Origin: Eledone cirrhosa
Lineage: Eukaryota
Length of the DNA: 64,000 nt
Assembly (NCBI GenBank): GCA_964016885.1
Contig: OZ024743.1
Coordinates: forward strand, 340,938,001 to 341,002,000
Direction: 5' to 3'
Under the pieces are notes generated by a model that saw only the letters and a program-made list of their open reading frames with translations, was not told where the DNA came from and ran no database searches. Positions 41,228-54,329 of the stretch are shown here, piece after piece. Numbering within the stretch: position 1 is the first letter of the stretch; each line of letters begins with the position of its first letter. The position numbers and the translations under genes were made by a program.

Positions 41228-43439
41228 TGGTGTTGCCGTGTATATATACATGTCCGTGCGTGTGTGTATATATGTGTGTGTGTATATGCGTGTGTGTGTC
41301 TATGACCAGTGCATATAGATCACAGACACACACATATATACACACACACATACACACACACACATATATATATATATATATGTAGACAGACACACACATT
41401 TATTTATATATACATACACACACGCATATATATATATATGTAGACAGACACACACATTTATTTATATATACATACACACACGTATATATATGGGCCTTCG
41501 AGTTTCATTTCACATTATATACATGTCTGTGTATATTTTAATTATTTGAAAATTGTTTTTAAATAAATATGATTTAAAATAAATATTTTGAATTGAATGT
41601 GGAAGATGCTACATTTCTCGAAGCCCAACGGGTCACGGGTGGTCTAGTTATAGTTAAAGATGAAGTAATCCCATCAACGAAGCTTGGCTCTGCCTGACTA
41701 CCTTCACAAATTTGTTCTGACTTACTTCTTGAAAAAAAGATTCATAATCCCTCTTATTACACTGTTGGATGCCTTTTCAAAGTTAATGAATATGGTGGAA
41801 AGTGTGACACGTTGTTCGAGAGCCTATTCCGGAATCTGTCACGGGGTGAAAATCATGTCATTGGTGTTCAAATGCTCAGCAACTTGTCAACTAATTTCCT
41901 GAGCAGAGTGTTCCGTTTAACTAACAACTAGAACACTTGTCATAACCGACGGATGTCCAATATACGCACTTGTAATAAAATGAAACGGCCGTTGAAATAG
42001 CAGAAACGTTACAGCCGTATATAGATGTGTTTCGTTACGTTCTGATTTCAAATCCCACCATTTTTTATTTCACTTTCATCACCAGTCGTGATCTAATCGA
42101 CGAAAATCATTATTGTTGGTGATATAGCATGCCTGCTGAGCAGAGACGGAAGATGATTATAGAATAGGTATATATAATATCTGAATTATCGATATTGTTG
42201 ATGCTGTTGCTGTTTTTGTAGATAGAGTAGATGGTGGTGTTCTTGTTTATCCCTAAAGATCCAAAATGAGTATATCTGTGATCAAATACATTTCGCAATA
42301 ACCACTCTACCTATTTGTCACTCAGTCCATCTAAGACAACATTTCACAATATAACCTTCCTCATTATTTAATACTTTTGTGTTATTATTTAATTGGACTT
42401 TCACAGCTATTTCTAGCATGTTGAACAACCACGTAGATTATTTTCAATAGTATCAATGAAGTTTAGGCTAGCACAGTTTCCTTGGAAACTAAATGCTGCA
42501 AATGAAATTCAAATATATTCAAACAAATAACTGGTTTTCAGTGACATCAGAACGAAAGTTAAATGGACATTTTAGAACATATACAGCCATTACATTTGAT
42601 GTAAAATTAAAATAAAAACAAAAACGAAACGATTGCTGCGTCAGCACTTGATCCATTTAGTAACATAAAGTAGAAAACATAATTCATATTTCCTTTTATC
42701 CAATGCCCAATGGTAGCTTTCAACTTTTTTGTAAAACTATACGTTCAGTAGTTTATACCAAGTTTATATATTGCATTTTATGTTTCTCAAAATATGCTGT
42801 ATTTTATCATTAATGTAAGAAACTGATTTTCATATCTATGGTTATTTTGATTCCCAGGCACGTTATGGCGTCGGACAAACTGCTTTGAGACATTTAGTAA
42901 TGGCTCTTTATGTTCTGAGTTCAAATGTCACCGGTGTTAACTTTACCTTCCGGGATCGATAAATCAATGTACTAATCAAATACTGAAGCCTATTTAATCG
43001 ATATCTCCTCCCGTCAAGTTTTTATCTTTGTACGTGTGCTAAACATATTTCTATTATTATTCGTTGTTTCCGTTAAGGGATATGTTTTTGAACTCATCAA
43101 TAATTATCAAGTTTACTGAATGAAGATTTTCATTTTGGCAGTTATTTTACAAAAAGGGAAATGCAGTGTGTTGGAATATATCTCAATAGCTAACGCGTAA
43201 ACACAAAGTCTGTTTTGTATCGTTCTTCTTTTCAGAGTTTGTACTGTTTGCCATAATTTTTAGTATGGCTTTCTCTACTAAAGGAGCTGTAAAAGTTAAT
43301 AAGAAAGACATTGATTACAAAAATAACAGTGACTAACAACAGAATGTTTTAAATCTGCGTGTCTGACATATATGCGTAGCTTGTGAATAAAAAATTCAAG
43401 GGGTGTCGCTGGCCGTGGTTATCCCTGCCAAACATGTTT

Positions 43440-43593
43440 TGTGATGTATCTTATTGGCTAATCAACCAGCGAGAGTATTTGTTGCTCAAAACCATCCGCC
43501 ATTTTGTTTGAACGTTTATTTATCGTTTCGCCTCGAATCATCCTCCTGTATTTCGTCGTTTATCATCGAAATATTTTTCTCGTTTTGGTAAGA
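43440..43593 (+). promoter_or_regulatory. Possible promoter / non-coding first exon
   Basis: ATTGG (CCAAT box) at 43453, YY1-type CCGCCATTTTG at 43496-43506, CpG-retaining tract, donor-like TG|GTAAGA at 43588 followed by very AT-rich DNA. Confidence 0.35.
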
Positions 43594-44043
43594 TATATTG
43601 TTAATTTATATATGATTTTTTAAATTTATATTAACTATTTTTTTTCAGTTCGTTATAACATCCTTATAATATTGGTTGTATCATATTTACTTGTATATTT
43701 GTCCATATTATTGTTCGTTTTATGTTAGATTATTTTATTATTATTATGTTAGATTATTTTTTTTATTATTATGTTAGACTATTTGTATGTAATATTTAAT
43801 TTTTATTAATTCAACTATAACAATTATTATGTAAAATATATTTATTTAATATTGATTGTTTTTTTGTAGTTGTTTATATTAAAAGTCTGAAACTATTTTT
43901 ATACATCTTACAATAATTTTTATAAGATCATTTATAAAATAACAATTATATAATCTAATTACATTACAACGATAATTTATTATTAATATCATATTTAACT
44001 AGAGTTATTACAAGCGTTGCCTTAAAAAATATTAAACTAGAAA

Positions 44044-44470
44044 TGAAAAATACGCAAGCTCAAAGAGCCACAGAATGTTATAATAAACCTTCAAAAGTGT
44101 GAGACTAGAGTTGTTGTTCAAAAATATTGTAATCATTATATATTGTACACTCTGTGGCATCCTTTTATAAAAAAGAGACTCATAACGAACTCAAGACGAC
44201 ATGATAATTATTTAAGTGAATTTATAATATAGAATTCGGTTTAAGTGCATTTCGTATTAATCATTACTAAACATCTATATGAGATATTGAACATTAGCTT
44301 AAATAATCATCGTATCGTCTTGAGTTCGTTATGAGTCTCTTTTTTATAAAAGGATGCCACAGAGTGTACGATAGATAATGATTACAATATTTTTGATCAA
44401 CAACTCTAGTCCCACAATTTTGAAGGTTTATTATAACATTCTGTGGCTCTTTTGAGCTTGCGCATTTTCA
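44044..44470. repeat. Inverted repeat, ~175-bp arms with ~80-bp spacer
   Basis: 44044-44217 vs 44297-44470. Confidence 0.85.
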
Positions 44471-44476
44471 GGTCTA

Positions 44477-44507
<31 letters not shown>

Positions 44508-44774
44508 TAGATAACTTTCTTTTTATTTGCCACCAGGGCATCAAAGAGTGGGACAAGTATAATGGGGGAGTTTACATAAAAAGGCATCCTCACTAAGGAG
44601 GAGGCAATAACAAAATATAAAAATATAAAATATAACAAAAATAAATTGAATAACAAAATCCTCAATAGGGAGGAGACGCCTTGGGGGGTCGCACACACCT
44701 CCGAAAAAAGTGTGCAACCCTTCTCATCAGGAGCACAGAGAGAGGGTGCTCCCTTGATCTTTCATCTTTCTCAC

Positions 44775-47700
44775 TTACAGTCTGATGTAGAGAGAAGGCC
44801 CATTCACACGGGCCATTCTCGCCACTTTCACCCATCTTTCATAGAAACGGCTGGGGTGCAGTACCTCTCTCTCCATCGTGATCCTTCTTCCGAAATTATA
44901 TCGGAAGAAACGGACCAGTTGTTGGCCAGAGAGAAAGGTGTCTGACCTCAGTCCTTTAAGACGCATCCACCATACAACCTCTTGCGCCATAGCTATTACG
45001 CACAGAAACACCGCCTCTCCTTCGTTTTTGAAGAGAGGAGGCGGCTTGATCGTTACAATAGACTCGGTGGTCAACCGGATCGGTCCCACCCGTGATAGCA
45101 GTCGTTAAACATAGCCCCACAGATCGGCACTGCCCGAGCAGTGTACCAATGCATGTGCAACGGTTTCCTCGTCGCACACGCATCTGGGACAGATCTTTTT
45201 CGAGGGGTCCCTACCCGGGCGCCCGTGTCTGTAGAGCCTTTCTCGAACGGGCAGAGCCCCTCAGTAGCATTGCCAGGCCAGGGACCTCTGGAAGTTATCC
45301 ATAGGTCCCGGGATGAATGTACTATCTAACAGGTTGGCCAGTTCGTTTTCCTCCATGCCTAGGGCTTCTCCGAGGGCGTCGTCGTACCTGTTAACCACCA
45401 GCCCTCTATAGAATGTCGAGGTGGATTCCCCACTGACAGCCGGGTTCGCCTGACAGAGAGCCGTGAGCGCCTGGGCACACACGATGTGCCAGGCACCCAG
45501 TTTTCTCGGTCTTTGCTTGACCCAGGATTGCAGCTCGGTGAGCGAGACGAGTCTGGCAAAGGCTCGCCTCACAAACGGGGCCCACATCGGTTGACCGGTG
45601 AGGAATACCTGGAGGTGCCGTAGCCTTAATGCGTGTTTACGCATCATCAGCCACGGCATCCCCAACCCTTCTTTCGAAGGGTGTTGACAGCAGATGGATC
45701 TCCTCACCATAGGAGCCCGCCTCTTCCAAAGGAATTGGAAGAGTGCGCGCTCCATTTTGGCGAGCGTTTCCATTGAGCAAGGCACGGCGGTCAGGCGATA
45801 GTAGATGACGGACGCTATATAAGTGTTCGCCAGCTGCGCCCGACCTTTCAGGGACAGTTTGCACTCGGCCCACTTCTGGGTCAGTGCAAACACCCTGTTC
45901 GTTACCTGACCCCAGTTCTTCTCCACCTAGAGGTCTGGTCCGAACCAGACCCCGAGCAACTTCAACGGGCCCTCCGTCCAGCGCCCGACGACGCAATAGG
46001 AGGGCATCGATTTGCCCCTCCACGTGCCGAGTTGCAGACTGATCGACTTGTCCCGGTTCAGCTTAGCCCCTGTAAACCTTTCGTACTCCTCTAGTAAGGT
46101 GCCGATCGCCCCGATTTCCGAGGCCGTCGACACCATTACTGTTACGTCATCGGCGTAGGCCGACACCGCTTTCCGCAATCCCAGTTCCAACAGGATGCCC
46201 TGCAACCACTCCAACTTCCGCAGCAGTGGCTCTAGCGTCACTACATACAGAAGCGAGGAGAGAGGCACCTTGTCGGATGGACCGCGCTATTTCGAACGGC
46301 TCCGAGAGGTAGCCGTTCACCTTGACCCTAGAGCAGATGCAGCTGCTGTGCATGGCATTGATCCAGCCCCTGAAAACGGGTCCGAAGCCTTCCGCTGCTA
46401 GCACCGCATCCAGGTAACCATGGTCGACCCTATTGAACGCCTTAGATTGATCCAAGTTGATCAGGGCCACAGCAAAGCCGGGTTCGTTCCCAACGCTCTC
46501 TATGATGTATCGCATCAGGTGGAAGTTGTCGTGGATAGACCTGGACGGGATAGCACATGTCTGCGCATCTCCCACCAGGTTGCCCACGACAAGCGCCAAC
46601 CTCTTTGCTAGCACTTTGGCCAAAATCTGTAACTCTGTATTTGGCAGAGTTATGGGCCTGAAATTATTTATATTGTCCCCCTTGTTCTCGTCCTTCCTCA
46701 CTAGCGTGACTACGCCCTTGGTCACAGCACAGGGAATTCACCCGTTCTGTTGCCAGTTTCAGTAGACCGCCTCGAGGAGATCGGGGAACAAGTCCGGCAT
46801 AGCTAGATATAGTTCGTATGGGAGACCATCTAGACGCGGGGATTTGCGTTTGCCGCATTGGCTCAGCATGTCCTCTATCTCAACGGGTGAAATCGGCTCC
46901 TCGCAGAACTTCGCCTCCCTGTCCGAGAGACGCGGCAGGCCGTCGAGGTATGGACCGAAGTCCACTTCCCCAACCGGCTCCCCGCCCCTTCCGCCCCTGG
47001 CAAAGTTCTTTTTAAAAGCCTCGCACATCTGCTTAGGTTCAAGGATCACCCGTCCATCCTGGTCTCGCAAAGACCGGATCAACTCCCTCTTTTGGCTTCT
47101 GTCACGCGGGCGCAGCTAACAGCTTTGGTCCCCTCGTTTCCCAGAGCACGTATTTTGCTTCGGACGATGCAGCCTTCGTGTTTCGCGTCGAAGAACTGGC
47201 CCAGGGCCGTTCTCGACGCTAGCACTCTGGCCACGTCGCCGCTTCTAATTGCCTCTTCTACACTATCTACCAACCTCTTTCCTTCCTATTTCTATTTGAG
47301 GCTAACTGCTTACTAAATTCTATAGAGACTACTCTAATCTCTCTTTTGAGAGAACCCCACCACCTGCTGTTGACGATGGCGCCCGTCAACCGCTCCTTAA
47401 CTAAAGTGCTAATCCGGTCCCTGTAAGCCTTACTTGCCGGTAAGGACAAGTTGAGCTTCCAGTAACCGGGTCCCTGTCTATGCGTTCTGTCAAGGTTTAC
47501 CATGCAGGTCACTAACTTGTGGTCTGAATAGCCAACCATGAGCATTTTGGGACAACTTAAACAGTCCTTATTCTTATTTCTAACTAAGAACCTATCTAGG
47601 TACGACCTAGATGATCCGCTGAAGTTTGCCCAAGTCCAGGTTAGCGCAGACGGAAAATCTAGTCGATATCTATCGGCCAGGTCAAATCGACCGATTAACC

Positions 47701-48173
47701 CTCTGAGGCTGTTACACCCCTCTCTATCGGGACAAGTCCCTACGTAGTCCCAACGTGCATCTAGGATACTTTTCCAGTCCCCCACTAATAGCAAGGAGCG
47801 GGACGTCCCTAGAAAAGTCTCCAGACGATGGAAGAAGTCCGGCTGCGTTGACCCGAAAGGGCCGTAGACGGCTACCAGCCTAAACGCTCCGCCTTCACCA
47901 CTGCCAAGGTCCAGAACCACTAGTCGACCCTCCGGGTCCAAATGTACCGTCTGTGTTGCGAGACCCAGATGTTTTTGCAGCAGAACGACAACCCCACCCC
48001 CACCTCCGGGCATCTCAAAGTCATCAAGGGTGGGGGCCAGCTGTCGCACGTTGCTGATCCGGGCCTCGCAAATAACTATCACATCTATACGTTGTGACCT
48101 GAGGTCATTTAGAAGCATTACAAGTTGAGCCCAGGCCACGTGCATTTAGACAGCCTACTCTTAGCATAGCCAT
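44775..48173 (-). pseudogene. LINE ORF2 (APE endonuclease + reverse transcriptase), several frameshifts/stops
   Basis: MAMLRVGCLNARGL; VAVYGP, VGDW, SYLDRFL, SDHKLV, GPGYWKLN; KSPRLDGLPYELY; NFRPITL; LDQSKAFNRVDH; AYADDVT; KLLGVWFG; LSLKGRAQLAN. Confidence 0.93.
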
Positions 48174-48840
48174 GTTGGTGGTGAAGAGAAAAGGCACTTA
48201 CCTCTCTGCGTCCCGCGTATCGGGCTGCACAATTTCCATGAGGGTGGTGGATGGGTTGTTGGGTAGGGTGGTGGTTTGTGGAAGTGTAGGGGCATCAGTG
48301 TGTTGTGTGGTTGGGGTGTTTGGAGTTGTGTGGGTGTCTGGGGAGGGGGTGGGGAAATTTGTTAGGAGCATGCGGTTTATGGGCTCGACGCGGGGGAGGG
48401 GGGGGGGGGGGGCACATCCTCTTTAAAGTTGTTTTTTAGTGTTTTATATGTGTCCTCTGGTGCCTTAATCATTTTGAGGTGGGGGAAATCCCCTGACTGG
48501 GTGAAGTTAGGCCCTTGGGTTTTTACTAAATTGTTGTTGTATATAATGTTTAGCAGTTTTTTATTTCTTGTGTTTATGTATGTGTATGCATGTTTTTGTT
48601 TTTGTGTGGTGTTTTTTGTTTGCTGTTGTTGTGAGCTCTTTTGTGTTGGTGCTGTGTTATGTTTTGGGGAGGGGTTGTTTTCATTTGTGTGTCTGAGGTG
48701 TGTTTTCTTTTTTTTCTTTTGATTGTGTGGAAGTGCTCCTCCTCGTCTGACGACGAACGAGGGTCATCTTCCGCATTGGAGGGGAGGGGTAGATTTTCGG
48801 GTTGTGTTTGCGGTGCGGGTTTTTCGGAAATTGTTTTTTT

Positions 48841-49408
48841 TTAGTGGGGGGGGGGGGATGGGTTGGACAGTGTTTTGTTTTGGTTTGAGCTGTGGTTGTT
48901 ATTTTTGTAGTGGTGGTTGTGGTGATTGTATTGGTTGTGCAGTTGTTGGTGGTGTAGGCAGATTGGGCTTTTCTTTTTAAGTTGAGGACAGACAGCCCTT
49001 AGGTGACCTCTGGCTCCACAGAGGTAACACGAGGGCCGCCTACCCTCAACGGTAATGTTGATAAAAGTTTGGTCATCCAGTATGACGCGTTCATGGATCT
49101 GGGCGATCCTTTCGGGCCTCATTTGAACTAAAAGTTCGAGGCCCGTTCCACTGAACGCGTCACCCGATGCCTTTCCCATGGATATTAATATGTCATCGTT
49201 CAGGTCAAGAAAACCTGTTAACACCCACCATATGTCCATAATTGGAAGAATGGTGTGTATTTTTATTTTCTACGTCCTTCTACCCATGTACGTGGGGTAG
49301 AAGGTGTATGCGGTGGATGTAATAGGTTTTACCGAAAGTTTTTTTGCCGTGTCCTGGTCCTTCATGAGAATGGATAGACTCCCATAGAGTCTATCCTCTT
49401 GTATGAAC

Positions 49409-49410
<2 letters not shown>
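48841..49410 (-). pseudogene. LINE ORF1 (gag-like, CCHC knuckle), truncated
   Basis: VEGRRPSCYLCGARGHLRAVCP; upstream TFYPTYMGRRT. Confidence 0.85.
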
Positions 49411-49443
<33 letters not shown>

Positions 49444-49469
49444 TAGATAGATAGATAGATATATTTAAA

Positions 49470-49966
49470 AAGGGAGTAGGGTTCTATACAAAACAGAGGT
49501 TATAGAAAAGAGTGGAATTGGAAATAACACGAAAAATATATTTAAAATAATCTTTATTTTTTCTTGAATCCGTCAAAGTGACATTATTGAAAAATGTGAT
49601 GAACAATTTTTTAAAAAAGAAAGGAGTTTTATAATTTCTATAAAATATATAAAATATAACCGGTTTCGATGTATCAGTGTAATCCATCTTAACAATTGTT
49701 TTGGATATTTGTAAGAAAAGAGTCTCCGAATAATAGAAGGGGTTGATTGTAGATTTGTTGTTCGTGGAATCCCATGACTAAGTTGGCGTATGTGGGGGCT
49801 ACCTTCGTGCTCATTGCAGTACCTGAGATTTGTTGGTATGTTGAAACATTGAAAGTAAAATTATGATTCTGTAAGATAAATCGGAATCCCTCAATAATAA
49901 AGTTTTTGTTGACAGACTTCGGTTGATGTATTCCGATTTATCTTACAGAGTAATTATTTTACTTCA
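49470..49966 (-). mobile_element. Decayed PLE RT fragment with 5' fold-back (49851-49895 / 49923-49966) and degenerate HHR (49656-49696)
   Basis: Reverse strand FNVSTYQQISGTAMSTKVAPTYANLVMGFHE; then GATGGATTA..TGATACATC-GAAACCGGTT. Confidence 0.7.
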
Positions 49967-50270
49967 CTTGCGGTGGGTGTCGACATAACGACATAGGACA
50001 GACGGTGTGTCATTACGCAACAGACTGACCATCCATCGTCAACAAATCCGAGACGTAAACACAAGAAAAAATCCCCTTAAGTAGTCACATTGCAAATTGT
50101 GCAGGAATGACCTGACTTTAAAATCTTCTCCCTTTATAAGTGATATAAGATTCTTTCACACAACAACAAAGAATAAATAAAGAAAAACTATTTCTTAACA
50201 GATTTAAACAGATTTAAAAAAAGACAAACAGATCTTTTGAATATATTTTTTCGTGCTATTTCCAGTTCCA

Positions 50271-50351
<81 letters not shown>

Positions 50352-50865
50352 ATGCGACAGCTGCAGCATTCAGTAATAAGAAAAAGGGAGGTAGGCGTAA
50401 AAGTCAAACTCACTATCTTCAATTCGGTTTTCGTGCCAACCCTTACTTATGGTTATGAATCTTGGGCACTGAGTGAAAGAATACGAACGCGAATACAAGC
50501 GGCCGAAATGGGGTTCCCTCGAAATGTTTAGGAGTAACGTTACTCGATAAAGTGCGTAGCTCGGAGATCAGAGAGTCACTCCAGGTAGAGCCACTACTTC
50601 TCTGAATTGAGAGATCACAGCTCCGATACTATGGGCATGGGATTAGAATGTCTCAGGAAAGACACGCTGGACAGATTTTACGGGCGAAATCAACAGTTAG
50701 GAGAGCCAGGAGTAGACCCCAAGCAAGATGGTTGAATAAGATCCATGAGCTTGGCTTGTTAGGCTTGGAGATCCAGCCGGATCAGCTGGAGACAGTTGCG
50801 TCTGAGAGGACCCGCTGAAGGGAGTATTTGAGGACCCAGCCACCACGACCCTATAAGAAAAGAAG
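50352..50865 (+). mobile_element. RTE-clade LINE 3' fragment
   Basis: KLTIFNSVFVPTLTYGYESW...RIQAAEM...GVTLLDKVRSSEIRESL...ERSQLRYYGH...R.RSRP..RW. Confidence 0.88.
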
Positions 50866-50887
50866 AATATATATATATATATATATG

Positions 50888-51074
50888 GTGAACGAGTCAG
50901 GACCCCGACGGGTGAGCTCCGGCCGTTTTGATAGCTAGTTCTGAACATTTCAGAACTATCTGTCGAAACGACCGGAGCTCAGCCGTCGCGGACCTGATTC
51001 TTTTCCTATTACCTACTAGTATCGAGTAATCTGGTGCGTTATGGTCCACCTAGTTCGTTATCACACTTCCTTCG

Positions 51075-51077
<3 letters not shown>
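50888..51077 (+). mobile_element. Family B copy
   Basis: Palindrome 50895-51003 then the tail; (TA)n flanks. Confidence 0.78.
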
Positions 51078-51142
<65 letters not shown>

Positions 51143-51673
51143 ATTTTGTGTCTGTGTATGTGTCGTGTTTATGTATGTGTGTATGTATGTGTGTATGTAA
51201 GTGTGTGTGTGTCTGTTGTACGTGTTTGTGAATTGGATGTGGTCAACCATATTACATTGTGGCATTTCGATATTGAGAAGGCACAAGTAGCCATATAGTT
51301 AGTAGACGTTGATAAAATATAAATCTAAGTACAGTAGTCGATATATTAGACAAAACCTCTTTAAGGTGGTGGCCTAATATGGCGAAAGTTCAACTAAAAG
51401 TATAATAGAATTGCTATATTCAAAATCTTTTCTTGAAGTATATGAAATATAATTTTTATTCAATAATCCTTTTAGAGGTTGTCTGGTTTATGGCAGCCAA
51501 CTGAATTATTGCATGTGTTATTCTATATTTACTCTCCCTCTTTGAACTAGGGATATGTGGATGACATTTCCTTTGATTATATCGACCCCTGTACATTTCC
51601 AAGATATATATATATACATTCATCCATACTTACATATCTGCATGCGCGCACACACACACATACCACACGCATA

Positions 51674-51782
<109 letters not shown>

Positions 51783-53139
51783 CACACATATATAAAAGAT
51801 TTATCATACAGAAATGAAATGAACTAGGTACATTCTCTTCTTAATGATTTGAGTACCTTATTTAACTGCGATCTCTTTTCGCTCCATTTCAGAAACATGA
51901 TTCTTTTGGCTTATCTTCTCCTTGATGTGACGTCACGCATCACTAGACGTTGAAAACTACTACATTCACTTAGATATTTCCATTACAGGGGGTCGAACAC
52001 CCGCTGACGACACGGTTCTCCGCTAAATTACATATTGTATACTAGAATTACGTAATATTCTGTACATGGTTGTTCCACTCCGAACGTAGAAACTGATGCA
52101 TCAGTCCGGGTATCTCATTGATCCTACCCATACGAACTCGTCTTCCTCACTGATGAACGTATGTGTGCACTCTAACCAATTGGGTTTGAATTTTAAAAAT
52201 ACGAACTTAATTGGATTATTGAGTGAGTGAGGAAACGACCGAAGCTGGGTTCATTTTATCCGGTAAGCTTCGTTTCTTAATTATGTATATATATATTTAA
52301 CCCCCCCCCCCCACATATATATATGATATATATATATATAGAGAGAGAGAGAGAGTGTGTGTATGCATGCGTGTCTGCGGTGCTGAGACCGGGCAGACCA
52401 CTAATTGAAAAGGCTTGTTGAACACCGAAGCCGAAACTGCTTGGCGCCGCGGACGGGAATACATCTCTCTCTATATTTTTATATGTAGGGCAGCTATACT
52501 GCTGTGCCACATTCAAGGCGTTTTAATCAATTGGTCGATTATATCGATCACAGTCAATTTCCTGGAATATATTTTATCGTTCGCTATTTATTGAATAGTT
52601 AAATATTGCAAGATGTTTTCACTGAGGCATTGATTCACATCAACCCCTTCAACCACCCGTCATTGAATGGACCTTCGTCTGTTTGTACTATGAGTGTTCC
52701 AGTTGTTCAATCAACAGAACAGCCTACTCATGAAATTAATGTGTAAATGGATTAACATTCCATAGACACGTGTATTCCTAATGTCATTTTCAGGGAGATT
52801 CAGCATGAGACAATGTGTAACAAGGCAGGACCATAGAATTATAGGGACAGTTTATCCACCGAGCTTCCAAACAGTTTGTGGATCCCGAATTTCGGTTACA
52901 AGCCATTGGTCACCATGTGGCGATGGCAAATGAAAGTTGCCACGCAGTTGGATCGAACTCGGGAACTAATGATTGCCAAGCGAACCCCTTATCAATTCTA
53001 CTAACATACATATACAGACACAAATACAGATACACATACACAGACACTGCATACACACACACACACACCACCACCACCAGAAAGACATGCAAACACTGCA
53101 AATTGGATTGCATAAGAGTAGCCATAGAAATAATTATCA

Positions 53140-53680
53140 TCTCTACCTTCTTTAACCCACCGACTCTCACTCTTATCTCGACTTCACCTGCTCGCTCCCC
53201 ATCCAAACCAAGCATCCCATCCCCTACTGCCAATTCCTCCACCTTCGCCGGCTGTGCAGCCGAACCCATATCGAGGCCCAAGCCCAATATGTGATTAGAC
53301 TCTTCACTCGACGAGGGTATCCACTAGCCCTGGTCCCGTCCGCCCTCATACGAGCTCGTGTAATCGATCGCACTACCAATCACGTAACCGCACCCCTAAC
53401 CATCAGCTATCCTTCCCCCTCACCTACTACCCCTCCACTTTCTCTCCGTCTCTTCCACAACCTTCACTCAGACCCCTCCATCTCATACGTCTTCCACCTC
53501 CCACCCATCCCCTCATTCATGGGCACACGCAATCTCCGGAATCTCCTCGTCCGCAGTTCACTGCCCCTTTCCCTGATGAAGGGAAAATACCCGATACGTT
53601 GACTATGTTACTCTTTCTCCAAGCGTGAAAATAATAAACTTTAGCTTATTGCATCTTCTTGTTCATTTATTTCGTATTTC
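53140..53680 (+). mobile_element. Decayed PLE RT-thumb fragment followed by degenerate hammerhead (53570-53603)
   Basis: PTDSHSYLDF...IPYCQFLHLRRLCS...FTRRGYP...RNLRNLLVRSSL; then CTGATGA-AGGG(AAAATA)CCC-GATA-CGTT. Confidence 0.8.
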
Positions 53681-53699
53681 CTTGAGACACACACACACA

Positions 53700-53746
<47 letters not shown>

Positions 53747-54196
53747 GATGAGACATAGAGATATATTAGAAACATACTTGTTATTAAAAATCCAAGTGTG
53801 AAAATGAATGTAAACTAAATTTCCAATTAATATTTGCAATTCTTTTTTCGTTTGTTTACAGGCAATTTGAAATAATTGAAGTCATCTTGAAAATATACGT
53901 GAGTTGGATTTTTACTTAACACCTCAAATATTTCATAACCAATTAATTTAACACAAGAGGAAATTTCAGTGATGAATATTGCCGAGAATGACATGTAAAC
54001 ACAATTATCTCAGCATTGATGCTTACTAATGCGTGCGGTTTCGATTTACTAATAAATATTTTTATAAAACACATAAAAGAATAGACAATAATCATTATAT
54101 AACTAACAAGAGTAGTGCCCATATAAAATAACAGGCTCCATTCTTTGTGCTTCAAGATTTGCGTCATTTCCTTTTTATGTTATATTTTGTCTTTCA

Positions 54197-54329
54197 GTTC
54201 TTCTTCTTCTTCTTCTTCTTCTTCTTCTTCTTCTTCTTCTTCTTCTTCTTCTTCTTCTTCTTCTTCTTCTTCTTCTTCTTCTTCTTCTTCTTCTTCTTCT
54301 TCTTCTTCTTCTTCTTCTTCTTCTTCTTC
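54197..54329. repeat. (TTC)n microsatellite
   Basis: Uninterrupted triplet run. Confidence 0.97.

Larger units (their letters stand above)
44512..49410 (-). mobile_element. Tx1/L1-type non-LTR retrotransposon, 5'-truncated in ORF1, disrupted
   Basis: ORF1 with a zinc knuckle, ORF2 with APE endonuclease, RT and C-terminal domain, 3' UTR ending AATAAAAAAGAAA; (TA)n(GATA)n on both flanks. Confidence 0.93.

Noticed and set aside
52143-52234. TTCCTCA-CTGATGA...ATAC-GAAC...TGAGGAA hammerhead-like fold
   Set aside because: GAAC instead of GAAA and no clear stem III or NUH adjacent to stem I.
52878-53294. 138-aa and 125-aa ORFs
   Set aside because: Off-frame or antisense reads through SINE, microsatellite and PLE remnants.
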